Under the pieces are notes generated by a model, which did no database searches, was not told the origin of the DNA, and saw only the letters and a list, made by a program, of their open reading frames with translations. A stretch of 60,268 nt of DNA, filler included, from Sphacelaria rigidula (Eukaryota), in assembly GCA_964200075.2 (NCBI GenBank). It is 2 parts of 2 records of this genome, joined end to end, with 100 filler letters (N's around TTAATTAATTAA, not from the genome) between each part and the next. Parts side by side here need not be neighbours in the genome. Positions count along the whole stretch, not along the records: positions 1 to 30,095 come from CAXNAA020000067.1; 1 more part is not named here. One strand, written 5' to 3'. The position numbers were made by a program, and so were the translations under genes. Below are positions 13,301 through 28,300 of the stretch, one piece after another (positions within the stretch are counted from its first letter, which is position 1; each line of letters begins with the position of its first letter).

Positions 13301-16300
13301 TCTCATCGACCGCTGGCGTCTCAACGGAGATGCCGGCGTCGGGCGTCTGCTTCAGCAACATCACAAAAGCATTAAACTTGAATTAGGGCAAGTTGGGCCT
13401 GTCTCATATACAGCTCCGTACCCCGTAATGCCGATCACAGCGCTGGAAACGTCCCTGGCACTGTGTGCGGCAACACCGTGTCTCTACGAGCTACATCTGT
13501 GTTGACACACAAGGTGGACAGTGGCGCGCAACAAATAAAAATATCCGAACGACCCTACCCGCGTCAGCTCCCAGTCTCCACAAAACCACGTATCACCCAG
13601 CGTCTTACGTTTCTTGTGCCCAGCCCTGTAGGCCTGGCAACGGCCCGACAAAAGAAGTCTTTGCGTGTACGCTTGCTGGCCTCCACACGCTCAACACAAA
13701 AGAGATGAGCACAACTCGAACAGTAAGCACCGCAGGCACATTCGTCTATCGGTTCGCGACAGATGCCACACGTTGGCGAAAGGCTTCATGACCACCCCTT
13801 CACCGGTAACGATAACACCTCGCATAGCCCTACCTCAGGCTTGTCGCCCTTGCCCGCCAGGCTACCCAGCCCGGCACCGATCGCGCCCACAGTCGCCGCT
13901 CCCGCTGCGGTCAGACCCGCGGTCAACGAACTATCCCCGGTCGTGTTGTCCACATCTGGTGCCGTCACCTCCACGCCGCCCGACGGCAACGACACATCAG
14001 CGGTAATGCCTGGTACAGCTGCATCTGCCGACACGCCCGGCATGGACACCTCTCCAGACGGAACGGAAACGTCGCCAGATGGCAGATCTACCTTGCCTGT
14101 CATCAATGGAGCGTCCACGTCCACACCACTCGAAGGCAGCGTGACGTCAGCGCCCACACCCGGCATCGACGCATTTCCCGAGACTTCCGGTACGGACACA
14201 TCACCGCTCACAGCAGGCAAGGATGCATCTACCGAGGCTTCGGGGACAGACACATCCCCGCTCACATCGGAAACCGTCACGTCAGCGTCCGGGATCTGAA
14301 TGATATCGAGCGGCGGGAGTCGAATAACAGATAAGGTAAACTACGGGCATCACGCGAGAGTGTGCCACGCAAAACGCCCATCTTCTCGTGAGGGACGTAG
14401 CTCATCTTCAGCGGAGGCTTGCTCCGGCCCTGCACACGATCGCGGAACGCACAACAAAATCATCATGTCGACGCCACGGGGTATTCACGACGGCCATTGC
14501 GACACAAATCATACACTGACCTTCAACCCAGCCTTGACAGAGGGCTTCTTGAACATCCCGCCAAACCCGAAGCCCTTCTTGGGCTTGTTCACGTCTACCG
14601 ATGGGGTCTCGACGGAGACGCTGGCATCGGGAACCTGCTCCAGCGACGGCACGCAGAAGAGCAGTCAATTTTAATGACGCTCAGTCGGAGGGGGGATTCT
14701 GATGGACAGATCGGTACCTAGCAATGCTCTTGACAACGCTGTCCGGCAGCCTCCAGGACTGAATTTGGTTAATCAGCGACACACTGAATGAGAAACGATT
14801 TGCATTCCCGTGAGTAGCTCGCTCGCAGATAAAATTACATCCACCCCCATGTGCCCATGTCAGTTCCCACTCAACACGATCCGGCTAGCTTGAATCAAAT
14901 ATTGCCTGTGCTAACCATCTTTTTTCAGCACCCGGCCGATATCACAGTCCCTGCCAGCAATGAGTAGACCCACACATGCCCAACACATGCCCAACACATG
15001 GTATTTCTGAGATACCACCGCATACAGGAGAGCAGCAACAGCCCGAACAACAATCACCACAACCACAATCTGTTCCACAGCTTCACAAAGCTGCCAGAAA
15101 TGCATCCAACCAGTCACGTGAAACAACATCACCACATACAGCCTTACCTCAGGCTTGTCGCCCTCGCCCGCCAGGCTGCCCAGCCCGGCGCCGACCGCAC
15201 CCACAGTCGCCGCTCCCGCTGCGGCCAGACCCGCAGTCAACGAACTACCCTCCGTCTTCATATCCACATCCGGTGCCGTCACCTCCACGCCACCCGACGG
15301 CAACGACACATCCGCCGCCATGTCCGGTACAGCCGCGTCGCTGGACACGTCCGGGACGGCAACGTCCACCAAACTAGACGGCATGGCCGCATCTGTCGAC
15401 ACACCCGGCATGGACACCTCTCCAGACGGAAGAGAAACGTCACCCGATGCCGAGGGGAGGGAAACGTCACCAGACGGCAGATCCACCCCGCCTGTCATCG
15501 AAGGGACATCAACGTTCACACCGCCCGAAGGCAGCGTGACATCAGCGCCCACGTCCGGAACCGACGCAACTGCCGATACTCCCGGCGCAGACAGATCACC
15601 GCTCACACCCGGCAAGGACGCATCTGCCGAGACGTCCGGTAGAGACACATCGCCGCTCACATCGGGAACCGTCGCGTCAGCCTCCGGGCTCTAGATTGTA
15701 TCGAGGGATGGGGGTCGAAGAGGGACGGATAAGGTCAACACCGGACATTACGCGACGCATGCCACGCAAAACGATGATCCTGTTGTGAGGGATACCGCTC
15801 ACCTCCAGCGGCGACCATCGCGGAACGCACAACAATATCATCATGTCGACACGAAACACTGACCTTCAACCCCGCTCTGCCGGGGGACTTCTTGAATATT
15901 CCGCTTAACCCGAAGCTGCTTTTTTTGGGCTTCTTCACGTCCACAGATGGGGTCTCGACGGAGACGCTGGCATCAGGCACCTGCTCGAGCGACAGCCCAC
16001 AAATCAAATTAACTCAATTTCGAGTTAATTTGGTCGGGTGAGTCTCGTATAACTCGGTATTGACCAAAACTCTTCGCAACGCTGCCAAGTCGGCTACAGC
16101 ACTGACGTCGGTAAACAAGTAACTCCGAGTTATTTGTGTTTGGACACATCAAGAGGACATGTTGCACTCTTTGGCGACGGTGCTCCTGCCAGCTCATACT
16201 AGACGCTCCCGCTAGCAAGCGTCAGTTCTGGTGTCACGTGCCAAGCCCAGCAGACACGGCAACGGCCCGAAACAACAAGCATCCATCGGTACGCCAGTTT

Positions 16301-19300
16301 GCCCACACGCCAATACACACGGGGATTCCCGAATATACTGGCCACGGGACAGCGACAACAGCTCGACCAACTACATAAACAATCTGCTCACGGTTGATAT
16401 AACGGTTACACCTGCGCGACAAGACCTCTCACCACTACTACACCAAGCCAGTAACCGGTAACGACAACACCACATACAGCCCTACCTCAGGCTTGCCGCC
16501 CTTGCCCGCCAGGCTACCCAGCCCGGCGCCGACCGCGCCTGCAGTCGCCGCTCCCGCTGCGGCCAGACCCGCACTCAAAGAGCTGCCCTCCGTCTTCATG
16601 TCCGCATCCGGTGCCGTCACCTCCACGCCGCCCGACGGCAAAGACACATCTGCCGACACTCCTGGCATGGACACCTCTCCAGACGGGAGAGAAACGTCAC
16701 CCGATACCGAGGGGAGGGTAACGTCGCCAGACGGCAGATCCACATTGCCCGTCATCGACGGAGTGCCTGCGTCTACACCGCCCAGAGGCAGCGCAACGTC
16801 AGCACCCATGGCTGGCACCGATGCATCTGCCGAGACTTCCGGTACGGAAACATCGCCGCTCACATCGGGAACCGTCACGTCAGCCTCCGGACTCTGGATC
16901 GTATCGAGCGACGGGAGTCGAAGAGAGACGGATAAGGTCAACACCGGACATCACGCAACGCGTGCCACGCGAATCGCCAACGCTGTTGTTCAGGATACGG
17001 CTCACCATCAGCGAAACGCACAAAAAAATCGTCATGTCGACATGAATCAGTAATCATGACGGGTATGGCGACATAAAACAGACACTGACCTTCAACCCAG
17101 GTCTGCCGGGGGACTTCTTGAATATCCCGCTGAACCCGAAGCTGCTTTTTTTGGGCTTCTTCACGTCCACCGATGGGGTCTCGACGGAGACGCTGGCGTC
17201 GGGTGCCTGCTTCAGCAACAGTCCAAAGAAAAAAAATAATCGGTCCCAATGACGCTGGGTCGAGTGGGTCTCCTGTATTTCAGGATATCTACTAATGTCG
17301 GTACTCTACCGGCAAAACATCGACAAAATAGATGCTGCACTAGCATCTTCGAGACAGGAGTGGGGCTGAGTGTTGGGTCAGGATCCCTCCTTCAAGGAAA
17401 AGTATATGTATATATATATTATATATTGTCGTTCGCAATGGGCTTCTCAAATGTCACGGGTGGGCATCAGGCACCTCCTGTACGTTGTTGCTTCCGCTGC
17501 AAGAATTCTTATTTCGGAAAAGCATAATCTCATGATCTCTCACACCTGCCACACCGGCGACAAGACTTCCCAACACAGCTACACCGGGCCATTAAACGGT
17601 AACGACACCACAGACGTCTGTACCTCGATCTTGTCGCCCTTGCCCGCCAAGCCGCCCAGTCCGGCCGCGCCCACAGTCGCCGCTCCCGCTGCGGCCAGAC
17701 CTGTAGACAACGGACTGCCCTCCGTCTTGATGTCTACATCCGGTGCTGTTACCTCCACGCCGCCCGACGGCAACGTCACATCCGCCGCCACTCCTGGCAC
17801 AGGCGCACCGCCGAACACATCAGGCACAGCAGCATCCACCTCTCCAGACGGGAGAGAGACGTCACCCGATACCGAGGGGATGGAAACACCACCAGACGGC
17901 AGATCCACCCCCCCTGCCATAGGAGCGACATCCACGTCGACGCCACTCGAAGGCAGCTTGACATCTGCGCCAATGGCTGGCACCGACACATCTCCCGAGG
18001 CTTCTGGTAATGACACATCGCTGCTAACACCGGGAACCGTCATATCAGCGTCCGGCATCTGTACACCATAAAGCCAAGAGGTCCCGCGGAGACAGAAACA
18101 GTCAATACAGGAAGTGATGCGTTTGCGAGGAATGCGAAATGATCATGGTTTCATCTCCGATGTAGTTCTAGTCAACTGTAGCGTTCGCATACGTCATGGC
18201 ACAGCGTGCGTGCTACCCTCGTATCGAGTCCATGCGGTGTGCAAAAACACGAGGACACGAGCCACACTAACCTTCGACCCAGCCTTGAAAGAGGGCTTCT
18301 TGAACATCCCCCCGAAACCAAAGCCCTTCTTCGGCTTCTTCACGTCTAGCGATGGCGACTCGACGGAGATACTGGCATCGGGCACCTGCTTCAGCATCGA
18401 CGTGACAACATCATGCAGCCAGAAGAAATAGTGGCTCAGCGGTCGGCAATGATATCGCAACGGTGGCCAGTTTCCGCCATAACTGAGGGCGGCAACACCG
18501 TGCCTCTCTCCGAACTCTCCATCATCGACATACCAAGAAGGGAATCATCTTGCCCTCTTCAGAATAGATCCAATATGGAAATATGGCCAACACGTCATAT
18601 TAGCTTTGGCGCGCACACATGTCGCATTACAGTTGTCCGTCGAGTTCACCCACATTCAGCCATCTCTCCAATGCCAAGTCATCTTCACCCGACATCAACC
18701 CGGGACAACAATAGCCTCCACCAATACTTGGGGATCATCAGGTAAACGTTCAACACACGAGCTTTGCGACAAATACCATCAGCGGGACAACAACCAGTTC
18801 AGCCGAAGCACAAGCGTGAAGTGCTCTTGATTCTCACAACCTGCGCGACACTGCCAAGAGACCTCCCTGCATTCAACAGAACGGGTCAGTTACCGATAAC
18901 GACAACACCACACATATCCTCACCTCAGGCTTGTCACCCTTGCCCGCCAGACTGCCCAGCCCGGCGCCGACCGCGCCCACAGTCGCCGCTCCCGCTGCAG
19001 CCAGACCTGTAGACAACGAACTACCCTCCGTCTTGATATCCACATCCGGTGCCGTCACCTCTACACCGCCCGACGGCAATGACACATCTGCCGCCATGCC
19101 CGGCACAGCCGCATCGCCGGACACAGCAACGTCAACAGAAGCAGACGGCATAGAAACATCTGCAGACACGGCAGGCACGGGTACCTCTTCAGAGGGAAGA
19201 GAAACGTCGCCAGGGGGCACATCTACATTGCCTGCCATCGGAGGAACGCCCACGTCCACACCGCCCGAAGGCATTGTGACATCACCGCTCACACCCGGCA

Positions 19301-22300
19301 AGGACGCATCTGCTGAGACTTCCGGCAAAGAAACATCACCGCTCACACTAGGAACGGTTACATCAGCGTCCGGCACCTGAGTGAAATCGAGTCGCAGCGG
19401 CAACCAGAGACGGGAGAGGTCAAACACGGTTATCCCGCATACGCGTGATGAGCGCACCGCTGAATCCTTTGAAACTACTCCGTCATCTCCAGCAACAATT
19501 TGAACAACTCGAATAATGAGTAGTCTCTATACTACCTACTTTTAGTGTAATCGAATCATGCGGTACGAATCAATCCTTGATCTTTGATTTCAGCATTGCA
19601 TCCCAGGTGCATGCACCTCAGGTACGTGAAATAGAGCAAAGTTTGCCCAGAGACTTTCCCGACCCGCAGCCAACTGTTCCCCTCTTTCGAGCACTCAGGC
19701 CCTAAAAATCGTACATCAGGTGATTCGATCCAGCTATGATTCATCCGACCCTTGAACTTGTTCCAGCCAACAACTTTGCGTCACAAGTAAAACATATATG
19801 TTGAGTCGTTGCAGTATGAAGAGCGGCAGTTGGTGGGCAAACTACAAACTGACCTTAAACGCAGCCTTGCCGGAGGGCTTCTTGAACATGCCGCCAAATC
19901 CGAAGCTCTTCTTCGGCTTCTTCACCTCCAGCGATGGCGACTCGACGGAGACACTGGCATCTGGCATCTGCTTCGAAACACAAACGGGTCATAGCAGCCA
20001 GCTTGAATAAGGATGAGTTAAATGAGCCTCGTGAACAGCTCAGGACCTGCCATTGCTATTTGGAACTCTACCCGGCTGCCTCAAGCACTGGAAGGGGCCC
20101 GACAGATTGTCTTCAAACCCACGGTGTATAGCAGGTCAAGACGATAACATTCCATGTACGGAGTAGGTCGGAATGATTTTTACAGCACAACAGATGTGCT
20201 AACGTCTACCACTATTCCTACGGTCCAGTCGCCATCTCGCTAGAGCCTAGTCTCTCCAATGAGCAGTAGGTTGAAGCTGACTTAATCATCACACAGCGAC
20301 AGCCCTCACGAGGACGCAAGTTCAGTCACACATCCTGAGCTCCGAGGTTTCCACAAAACAAGGAAACTTGGTACAGGAATGACAGCTCGAACGAGAGGGT
20401 ACCGAACGCAACCTCCTACCGGTTCGTTACACCCCCTCTCTCCCTGCTTGAAGCCCTTACGACCAACACTACACCGAGCCACCAACCGGCAACGACAACA
20501 CCACATACAGCCCTACCTCAGCTTTGTCGCTCTTGCCCGCCAGGCTGCCCAGCCCGGCGCCGACCGCGCCCACAGTCGCCGCCCCCGCCGCGGCCAGACC
20601 TGTAGACAACGAACTGTCCCCAGTCTTGATGTCCACATCCGGTGCCGTCACCTCCACGCCGCCCGACGGCAACGACACATCCACCGCCACGTCGGGCACA
20701 GCAACATCGGCGGAACCCGACGGCGCACCCACATCTGCCGACACTCCTGGCATGGACACCTCTCCAGATGGGAGAGAAACATCACCTGATACCGAGGGAA
20801 GGGAAACGTCGCCAGACGGCGGGTCCACCTTGCCTACCATCGACGGAGCATCCATGCCCACACCGCCCGACGGCAGCATGACATCAGCGTCTACACCTGG
20901 CACCGATCCATCCGCCGAAACTTCCGGCACGGACATATCACCGGTCACAGCCGGCAAGGACACATCTACAGACGCTTCTGGGACAGACACATCGCCGCTG
21001 ACATCGGGAACCGTCACGTCAGCCTCCGGGCTCTGGATTGCATCGGGCGACGGGGGGCGAGGGGGGAATGAATGAAGGCGACTACAGATTTGACGCATAC
21101 GCGCGCCATGTATTGCGCTGAGACTATGTTTGAGGAATACGGCCCGTCTACAACCGCGACCGGTCTTGGTTTTTGATATCATGGTAGAACGCGTGAAGTA
21201 CATGCTGCCGAGTTGACGTGATGAGGTCGTATAGAGATAAACTAGACACTGACCTTTAACCCAGCTTTGGCGGAGGGCTTCTTGAAGATTCCACCAAACC
21301 CGAAGCCCTTCTTCGGTTTCTTCACGTCTACCGATGGCGACCCAACGGAGATACTGGCATCGGGAACCTGCTTCAGCACGACATACATATATTGCAATAG
21401 CGGCGAACTCAAAGAATGACAAAAAAAGTACGGCTCACGCACGATCATGTACTGAGCAGTGCTGTTCGTGATACGTCTGGACTGTCTCCTGAAACTGAGG
21501 TCGGCCATACAGTTAGATACATGCCCGCTTTACGATGCGGAGGTGCATAGGCACTAGAGGGGGGTGGGGGGGGGGTCCTTTCTTGATGGCCAACGTGGAA
21601 TTCCTCTCCCCTTGATAGCCTGAAGCTCCCCAGCCGTTTCATCCGGCATTCAACAGCCTCACCAGCCGGTTCCGCATAGCACAGGGGAGAACAAACGCTG
21701 CTAACACGACGTCGTGTCAATTCTGTCTTTGCATCGACAACTCAAGTTATTGGTGCAACGGAGGGTACCACAAAAGTACAGAGGGTGAAATGGGGATCCT
21801 GAAAGCCGAGGCCTGAACCTCACGGTTTGAAACGTGTGATGGGCCGATTGTGCCCCTGCGACTCGGTTCGATTCTTGACGTATTTCTCCACCCATTCGTC
21901 TCCAACCAAACGGAGCAGATCTATAGGACAGCTAGTCATGGAACTGACGTGATGACACATCTCTCTACGGTATTGTTTGTCCAGTGCACTCCTGTTTACT
22001 GATCTGGCTTAACTATAGTGTGCCGGCTGCTACGCCGATCGCAGGATACGGTGCTCGCCGACGAAGACGCACCGAACCCAAGCAAAACATCCGAAATTTT
22101 GTACCTACAATGATTAGCCGCAGTCTTCACCTTGTTAGGCGGGGACCGGTTAATTAATTGCCTCTGATCGCACCGACTACGGAAAATACTGTGAGCTCTG
22201 TTTGCTGCGCAAATATCGCGGCAGAAAGACTTACTGGGATACCACCCATCTCTTGGCGCGCTGTCACACAGGAGAAAATGTTGTTGTTTTTGACTTTGAA

Positions 22301-25300
22301 ACAGCTCAGTATAACCCGATACTGAACCTCACAACTCGGTGTGTGCACAGAGACCTTATCCAAGTTCCAATCCAAACCACTTTAGAGCTACTGCAACTGA
22401 TGGAAGGCTGCGGAAATTATTCGAGACCCGCGGCGTGTTGAAATAAACCTGCGCTCAAGACCCGCGGTGTTCAACTCGTCTTTGCACGAAACGGTATTAA
22501 GCTAGGCTACTAAACTCTCTAGTGAGTTTGACATGGAAAAAATCAGCCAAAGCCGAAACAAGGTATTTACAAGACACCGACAACGGAACAATGACTACAG
22601 CTCGGCAACACGCACGACAAAACCAATCTGCTTATGGTTCGTGATTCACCACTACAAACCGCCAAGAGGCTTTATAACCACTGCTAGACCGGACCAGTAA
22701 CTGGTAACGACAACACCACATACAGCCCTACCTCAGGCTTGTCGCCCTTGCCCGCCAGGCTGCCCAGCCCGGCGCCGACCGCGCCCACAGTCGCCGCTCC
22801 TGCTGCGGCCAGACCCGCGCTCAAAGAGCTGCCCTTCGTCTTCATGTCTACATCCGGTGCCGTCACCTCCACGCCGCCCGACGGCAACGATACATCTCCC
22901 GGTATGTCCGGCACGGTTGCATCACCGGACACGTCCGGGACAGCAGCGTCCACCGAACCAGACGGCAACGACACATTTGCATCTGCCGACACTCCTGGTA
23001 TGGAAACCTCTTCGGCGGGAAGAGAAACGTCACCAGATGGCAGATCCACCTTGCCTGTCATGGAAGGTATATCTACTTCCACACCGCCCGAGGGCAGCGT
23101 GACATCGGCGCTCACGTCTGGCACCGACGCATCTGCCGAGACTTCTGGTAAAGACACATCGCCGCTCACATCGGGAACCGTCACATCAGCGTCCGGCATC
23201 TGGGTCGCATGAAGTCATGGAAGCCGAGAGGGACGAGGTGCGAAAGAAATAGTCACCAACGGAAGACGAACACCATCGTTCCGCGTGCAACATTGACCTT
23301 GTCGTACATGACACAAGAATTTTACAGCGGAGAAATGTTGCGGTTGTTCACACCCTTACTTCAGGCGTCGAGCGCCATCGTATCGACTCGATTCGGTATA
23401 CACCAAACACCACGACAACAAAAATGATGCCCTCACCTTCAACCCAGCCTTGACGGAGGGCTTTTTGAAAATACCACCGAACCCGAAGCCCTTCTTCGGC
23501 CTTTTGACGTCCAGCGATGGCGACTCGACAGAGACGCTGGCGTCAGGCAGCTGCAACAGCAACGTACACACACGACAGCAGCCGAAGACGGCGAGCGACC
23601 GGTTGATTTTCGATGTACAACTCAATACCCAGCGTTCATGTTGGCATTGCTACCCGGCTGCCTTCTGCGCTACAAGCGGCAACACCCTGCCTATTTACAA
23701 GCTCTCCTCTGTCCGACACAGCACGATCACATCCGCTCGCGCGATTCAAATTAGCTCGCAAAAAAAATATTAAAAAAAAAGTCCAGCGCATCTGTCCGAA
23801 CAAAACGACTACGAGTCAAATACACGGTGTTCTGAGCACCCTGACAAGACCAGTCTACAGGAGTACCCGAGTTCACCCTCAAACGCGAAGTGTACTTGGT
23901 TTTCCAGAATTCCATCTATGGAACAGCAACCGCAGCTCGGAGAGCAAAGTTACTACCGAATCCTAAAACCCTGCTGCACAGTCAAAAGGCTTGGCCATGT
24001 GTAACAGCACTACATACAGCCCTACCTCAGGCTTGTCGCCCTTGCCCGCTAGGCTACCCAGTCCGGCACCAACTGCACCCAGAGTCGCAGCTCCCGCTGC
24101 GGCCAGACCCGCACTCGAAGAACTGTCCTCCGTCTTCATGTCTACATCCGGTGCCGTCACCTCCACGCCGCCCGACGGCAACGACACATCCGCTGCCACG
24201 TCGGGCACAGTAACGTCACCCGATACTGACGGAAGAGAAACGCTGTCAGAGGGCACATCTACCTCACCCGTCATCGAAGGAACGTCCACATCCATACCCC
24301 CCGAAGGCAGTGAGACATCAGCGCCCATGCTCGGCAGGGACACATCTGCGGAGGCTTCCGGTAAAGACACATCTCCACTCACGGTCGGCAGGGATGCATC
24401 TGCCGAGACATCCGGTACAGACGCATCGCCGCTGACATTGGGCACCGTCACATCAGCATCCGGCATCTGAAATTGTATCAAACGACGGGGGGCAGCGAGT
24501 GATGGGGTTGTCAATTATGGACACCACGCACACGAGCACCGCGCGCAGCGCAAAACGTTTTGTACGTCTAGCTTTTTGCACCAACGTGTTCGGTTGTTCA
24601 CACTTGTGCCTCAAGCGTCTCTCGAGAGCCGTTGTGCCGAGTCCACGCAGTATGCAGATGGCTCTCGGGACACAAACCACAGACTGACCTTCAACCCGGC
24701 TTCGACAGTGGGCTTTTTGAACATCCCACTGAATCCGAAGCTCTTCTTCGGCTTGTTCACGTCGAGCGACGGCGCCTCGACGGAGATGCTAGCATCGGGC
24801 ACCTGTTTCAGCAGTAACATACACAAATCCAAAACCACTCAAATCAACAAGGGATATCCGGTTCCGATTTGTGGCACTCGTTATACACCGCCGCTGCGGG
24901 TAAAATTACCCGACAACCCCTACAGCTAGGGGCGGCCAAACTATGATCTACAAACTTCGTCACGCTGGACACACCACGATGACATCACTTGTCACCAGTT
25001 TCTCTCGAAATAGGATTACAGCCAAGCGGTCACTTTGTCACTTGACAGTCACAAATAAACAGTCGACAGTCAGATACACTCCCGAGATGTCGGTACCCAC
25101 CCGGGAAGACTCGGCAGTAGGGCGAGACAATCAACAGTCCGAACGCGAACGCAAGTTCACCCCCACACACCGAACCCACGGGATTTCCGATACAAGATAT
25201 CCGTGAAACAGTGCAGACAGTTCAAACAAGCACAACTAGCGCCACAAGATCAATCCTCTACCGGTACGGAAGACCCTGTTACACACCGCCAAGGATCATC

Positions 25301-28300
25301 ACGACCAATACCACACAGTGTCAGTCACGCGAAACGACAACACCACATACAGCCTTACCTCAGGCTTGTCGCCCTTGCCCGCTAGGCTGCCCAGCCCGGC
25401 GCCGACCGCGCCCATAGTCGCCGCCCCTGCTGCGGCCAGGCCTGCAGTCGACGAACTGTCCCCGGTCTTCATGTCCACATCCGGAGCCGTCACCTCCACG
25501 CCGCCCGATGGCAACGACACATCCGCCGCCACGTCGGGCACAGCCGCATCTCCGGACACGTCCGGGACAGCAACGTCCACCGAACCAGACGGCAAAGCCA
25601 CATCTGCCGACACTCCCGGCACTGATACCTCTCCAGAGGGGAGAGACGCATCGCCAGATGGCAGATCCACCTTGCCCGTCATTGAAGGGACGTCTACGTC
25701 CACACCGCCTGAGGGCAGCGTGACATCAGTGCCCACGCCTGGCATGGACGTATCTCCCGAGACTTCGGGTACGGTAAAGTCAGCGCCCAGGCCCGGCACG
25801 GAAGCATCCACCGAAACATCTGGTAAAGACACATCGCCGCTCACGCTCGGCAAGGATGCGTCCGCCGAGACTTCCGGTAAAGACACGTCGCCGCTCACAT
25901 CGGGGACCGTAACATCAGCATCTGGCATCTGTAAAGCGAAGACGGCCGTCGGAGTTGGGAGAGTGATCAACTACGAATATTACGTACACGTGGACCACGC
26001 GCAGGGCTTGCACTGTTCACGGGAGTGTTCGCTCCACATTGTGACTGTTTCGATTGTGAACACCATGTATACTTGCACGAAATATCACAACAGCCGTGCG
26101 GAGACAACCGTGCTGACCTTCAACCCAGCCTTGCCGGAGGGCTTCTTGAACATCCCGCCAAATCCGAGACCCTTCTTCGGCTTTTTCACCTCTAGCGATG
26201 GCGACTCGACGGAGATGCTGGCATCGGGCACCTGCTCCGGCAAGCACACGAACACGCGGAAGTCCATTTCAGTAAGAGTGATCCGGGTGAGCCTCATGCA
26301 TAAACTCAGTACCGAGCCATGCTGTTCACAATGCTGCTTGGACGCCTCGTGGACTGGGGTAGGTCACACAGTTCAATGCGAGCTCGATTTACAATCGGGG
26401 GTGCGTGGGTAATGTTGGGATGGAGAGGGGGGGAGGGGGGTGCATGAGCTTTCCATGACGTGAACTCGCTTGTGTCCTTCTCTGACTGCTTTGCGCCTCA
26501 CTTGCTGGGTAAGGCCACACCGGACAGTTGTGCAACCAACAGGCGTGAAGGACAAACTGCCAGCAATACCTTTCATTCTTTTCCTCGTATCAACAATAAA
26601 ATGACATTCACAGCCGTCTAGATAATCAGTTGGAATCACGCCAGCACCGAAGCACCCACATGAAACAGGAGTATCGACTGTCGAGGTCTGGTTGCATACT
26701 GCGAAGGCTAGCGCATTGGTTTCGAAAGGGTCACAATATGACCCTACCTTACGGCCGCCGCCAATTCGGAATTCCTGTGCTGCGGATGTTGGAGAGCTAA
26801 TTTATGTTTGCGTGTCTACGTATGACTCCTCGTAAAAACTGCAATGGAATATTCGCAAAATCATCTCGTAGCGCCCAAGAACCTTGCGTAGGTTGCGGGT
26901 ATCTCCGGCGTGCGAACATATTCCTACAAGACAGTCACGATGTGACCCCCGTAGCAAGTGATTTCACGTGGAAGCCGCCTTATAAACTTGCGGGTAGACG
27001 CCCACTCCATGAGGCACTACGCTTATGAACGTGGATTCATGGAGTGAACTTTGAGGTCGCTGTTCAATACTGATCAATATCCCCTGCTTCCACCGGTGTC
27101 TTGGGGTTGCCGGGCTATATGGGAATACAGGAACGTTCAAAATACGGTAGAACCGATAGAAATTTCGTTGTACTGGACACTGATGATCTCAACTTCGAAT
27201 CTCTCAAGTAGGACGGGGAAAAGTGTGAACATGGAACTGATTGATATGATTGAGTCATTGTCGTACTTCAACTGATCCCCCAAGGGTCCAGTCGTGGTAA
27301 CACGTATTGTAGACAAAACTAGAAATGTAGCAAGAATATTCTCCACGATGGTCCACGAGGTCTTACTTCTTTCCTTTGCACGAGTAAGGCCAACTTTCAT
27401 TAGGTTACAGATTTTCGCTGAATTAATTTTTGTGTCAAACAATCCAATCGACCCTCATGTCGAGGTGCCGAACCCAACCTTGCAACAACCCATATCCTCC
27501 AACACACAGCAACGATCGGAGTCGGCACGTTTACATGACGTTCAGATAAACCTACCGAAGCAGCACGTGATGGCTTGAGGTACACTTGTAACGACACTAC
27601 ACACAGGCCTACCTCAGGCTTGTCACCCTTGCCCGCCAGACTGCCTAATCCGACCCCGACTGCGCCGACAGCCGCCGCTCCTGCTGCGGCCAGACCCGCA
27701 GTCAACGAGCTGTCCTTCGTCTCGATGTCTACATCCGGTGGCGTCACCTCCACACCGCCCGACGGCAACGACGCATCCGCCGCAATACTGTGCACAGTCG
27801 CATCTGACGACACTCCTGGCACATCTACATCAACCGAACCGGACGGCAGATCCATCTGCCCTGCCATCGAAGGGACCTCCACATCCACACCACCCGAGGG
27901 CAGGTTAACATCAGCGCCAACGCTCATTTCCGGCACGGATGCGGCGGCTGGGCCTTCCGGCAAAGAAACATCACCGCTCACATCGGGAACTGTTAGCTCA
28001 GCGTCCGGCATCTGCATCGTATCAGGTTATGAGGGCAAGCGAGGACATGAAAAACTCAGGATGGGAAATAGCGCATTTGACAGCCATGCCCAATGCTGGC
28101 AATTCCGTACAAGGTGGACGTTGTCTCAAACCGCGACCTGTTGCGATCGTGTGTACGTCAATGGAGCTCCCACCGCCGTGTCAACTCGACGGAGTATGCA
28201 CAAAAGCTATCGGAACAATCGACGCACTCTGACCTTCAAACCCGCCTTCACGGAGGGCTTCTTGAAGATCCCGCCGAACCCGAAGCCCTTCTTCGGCTTC

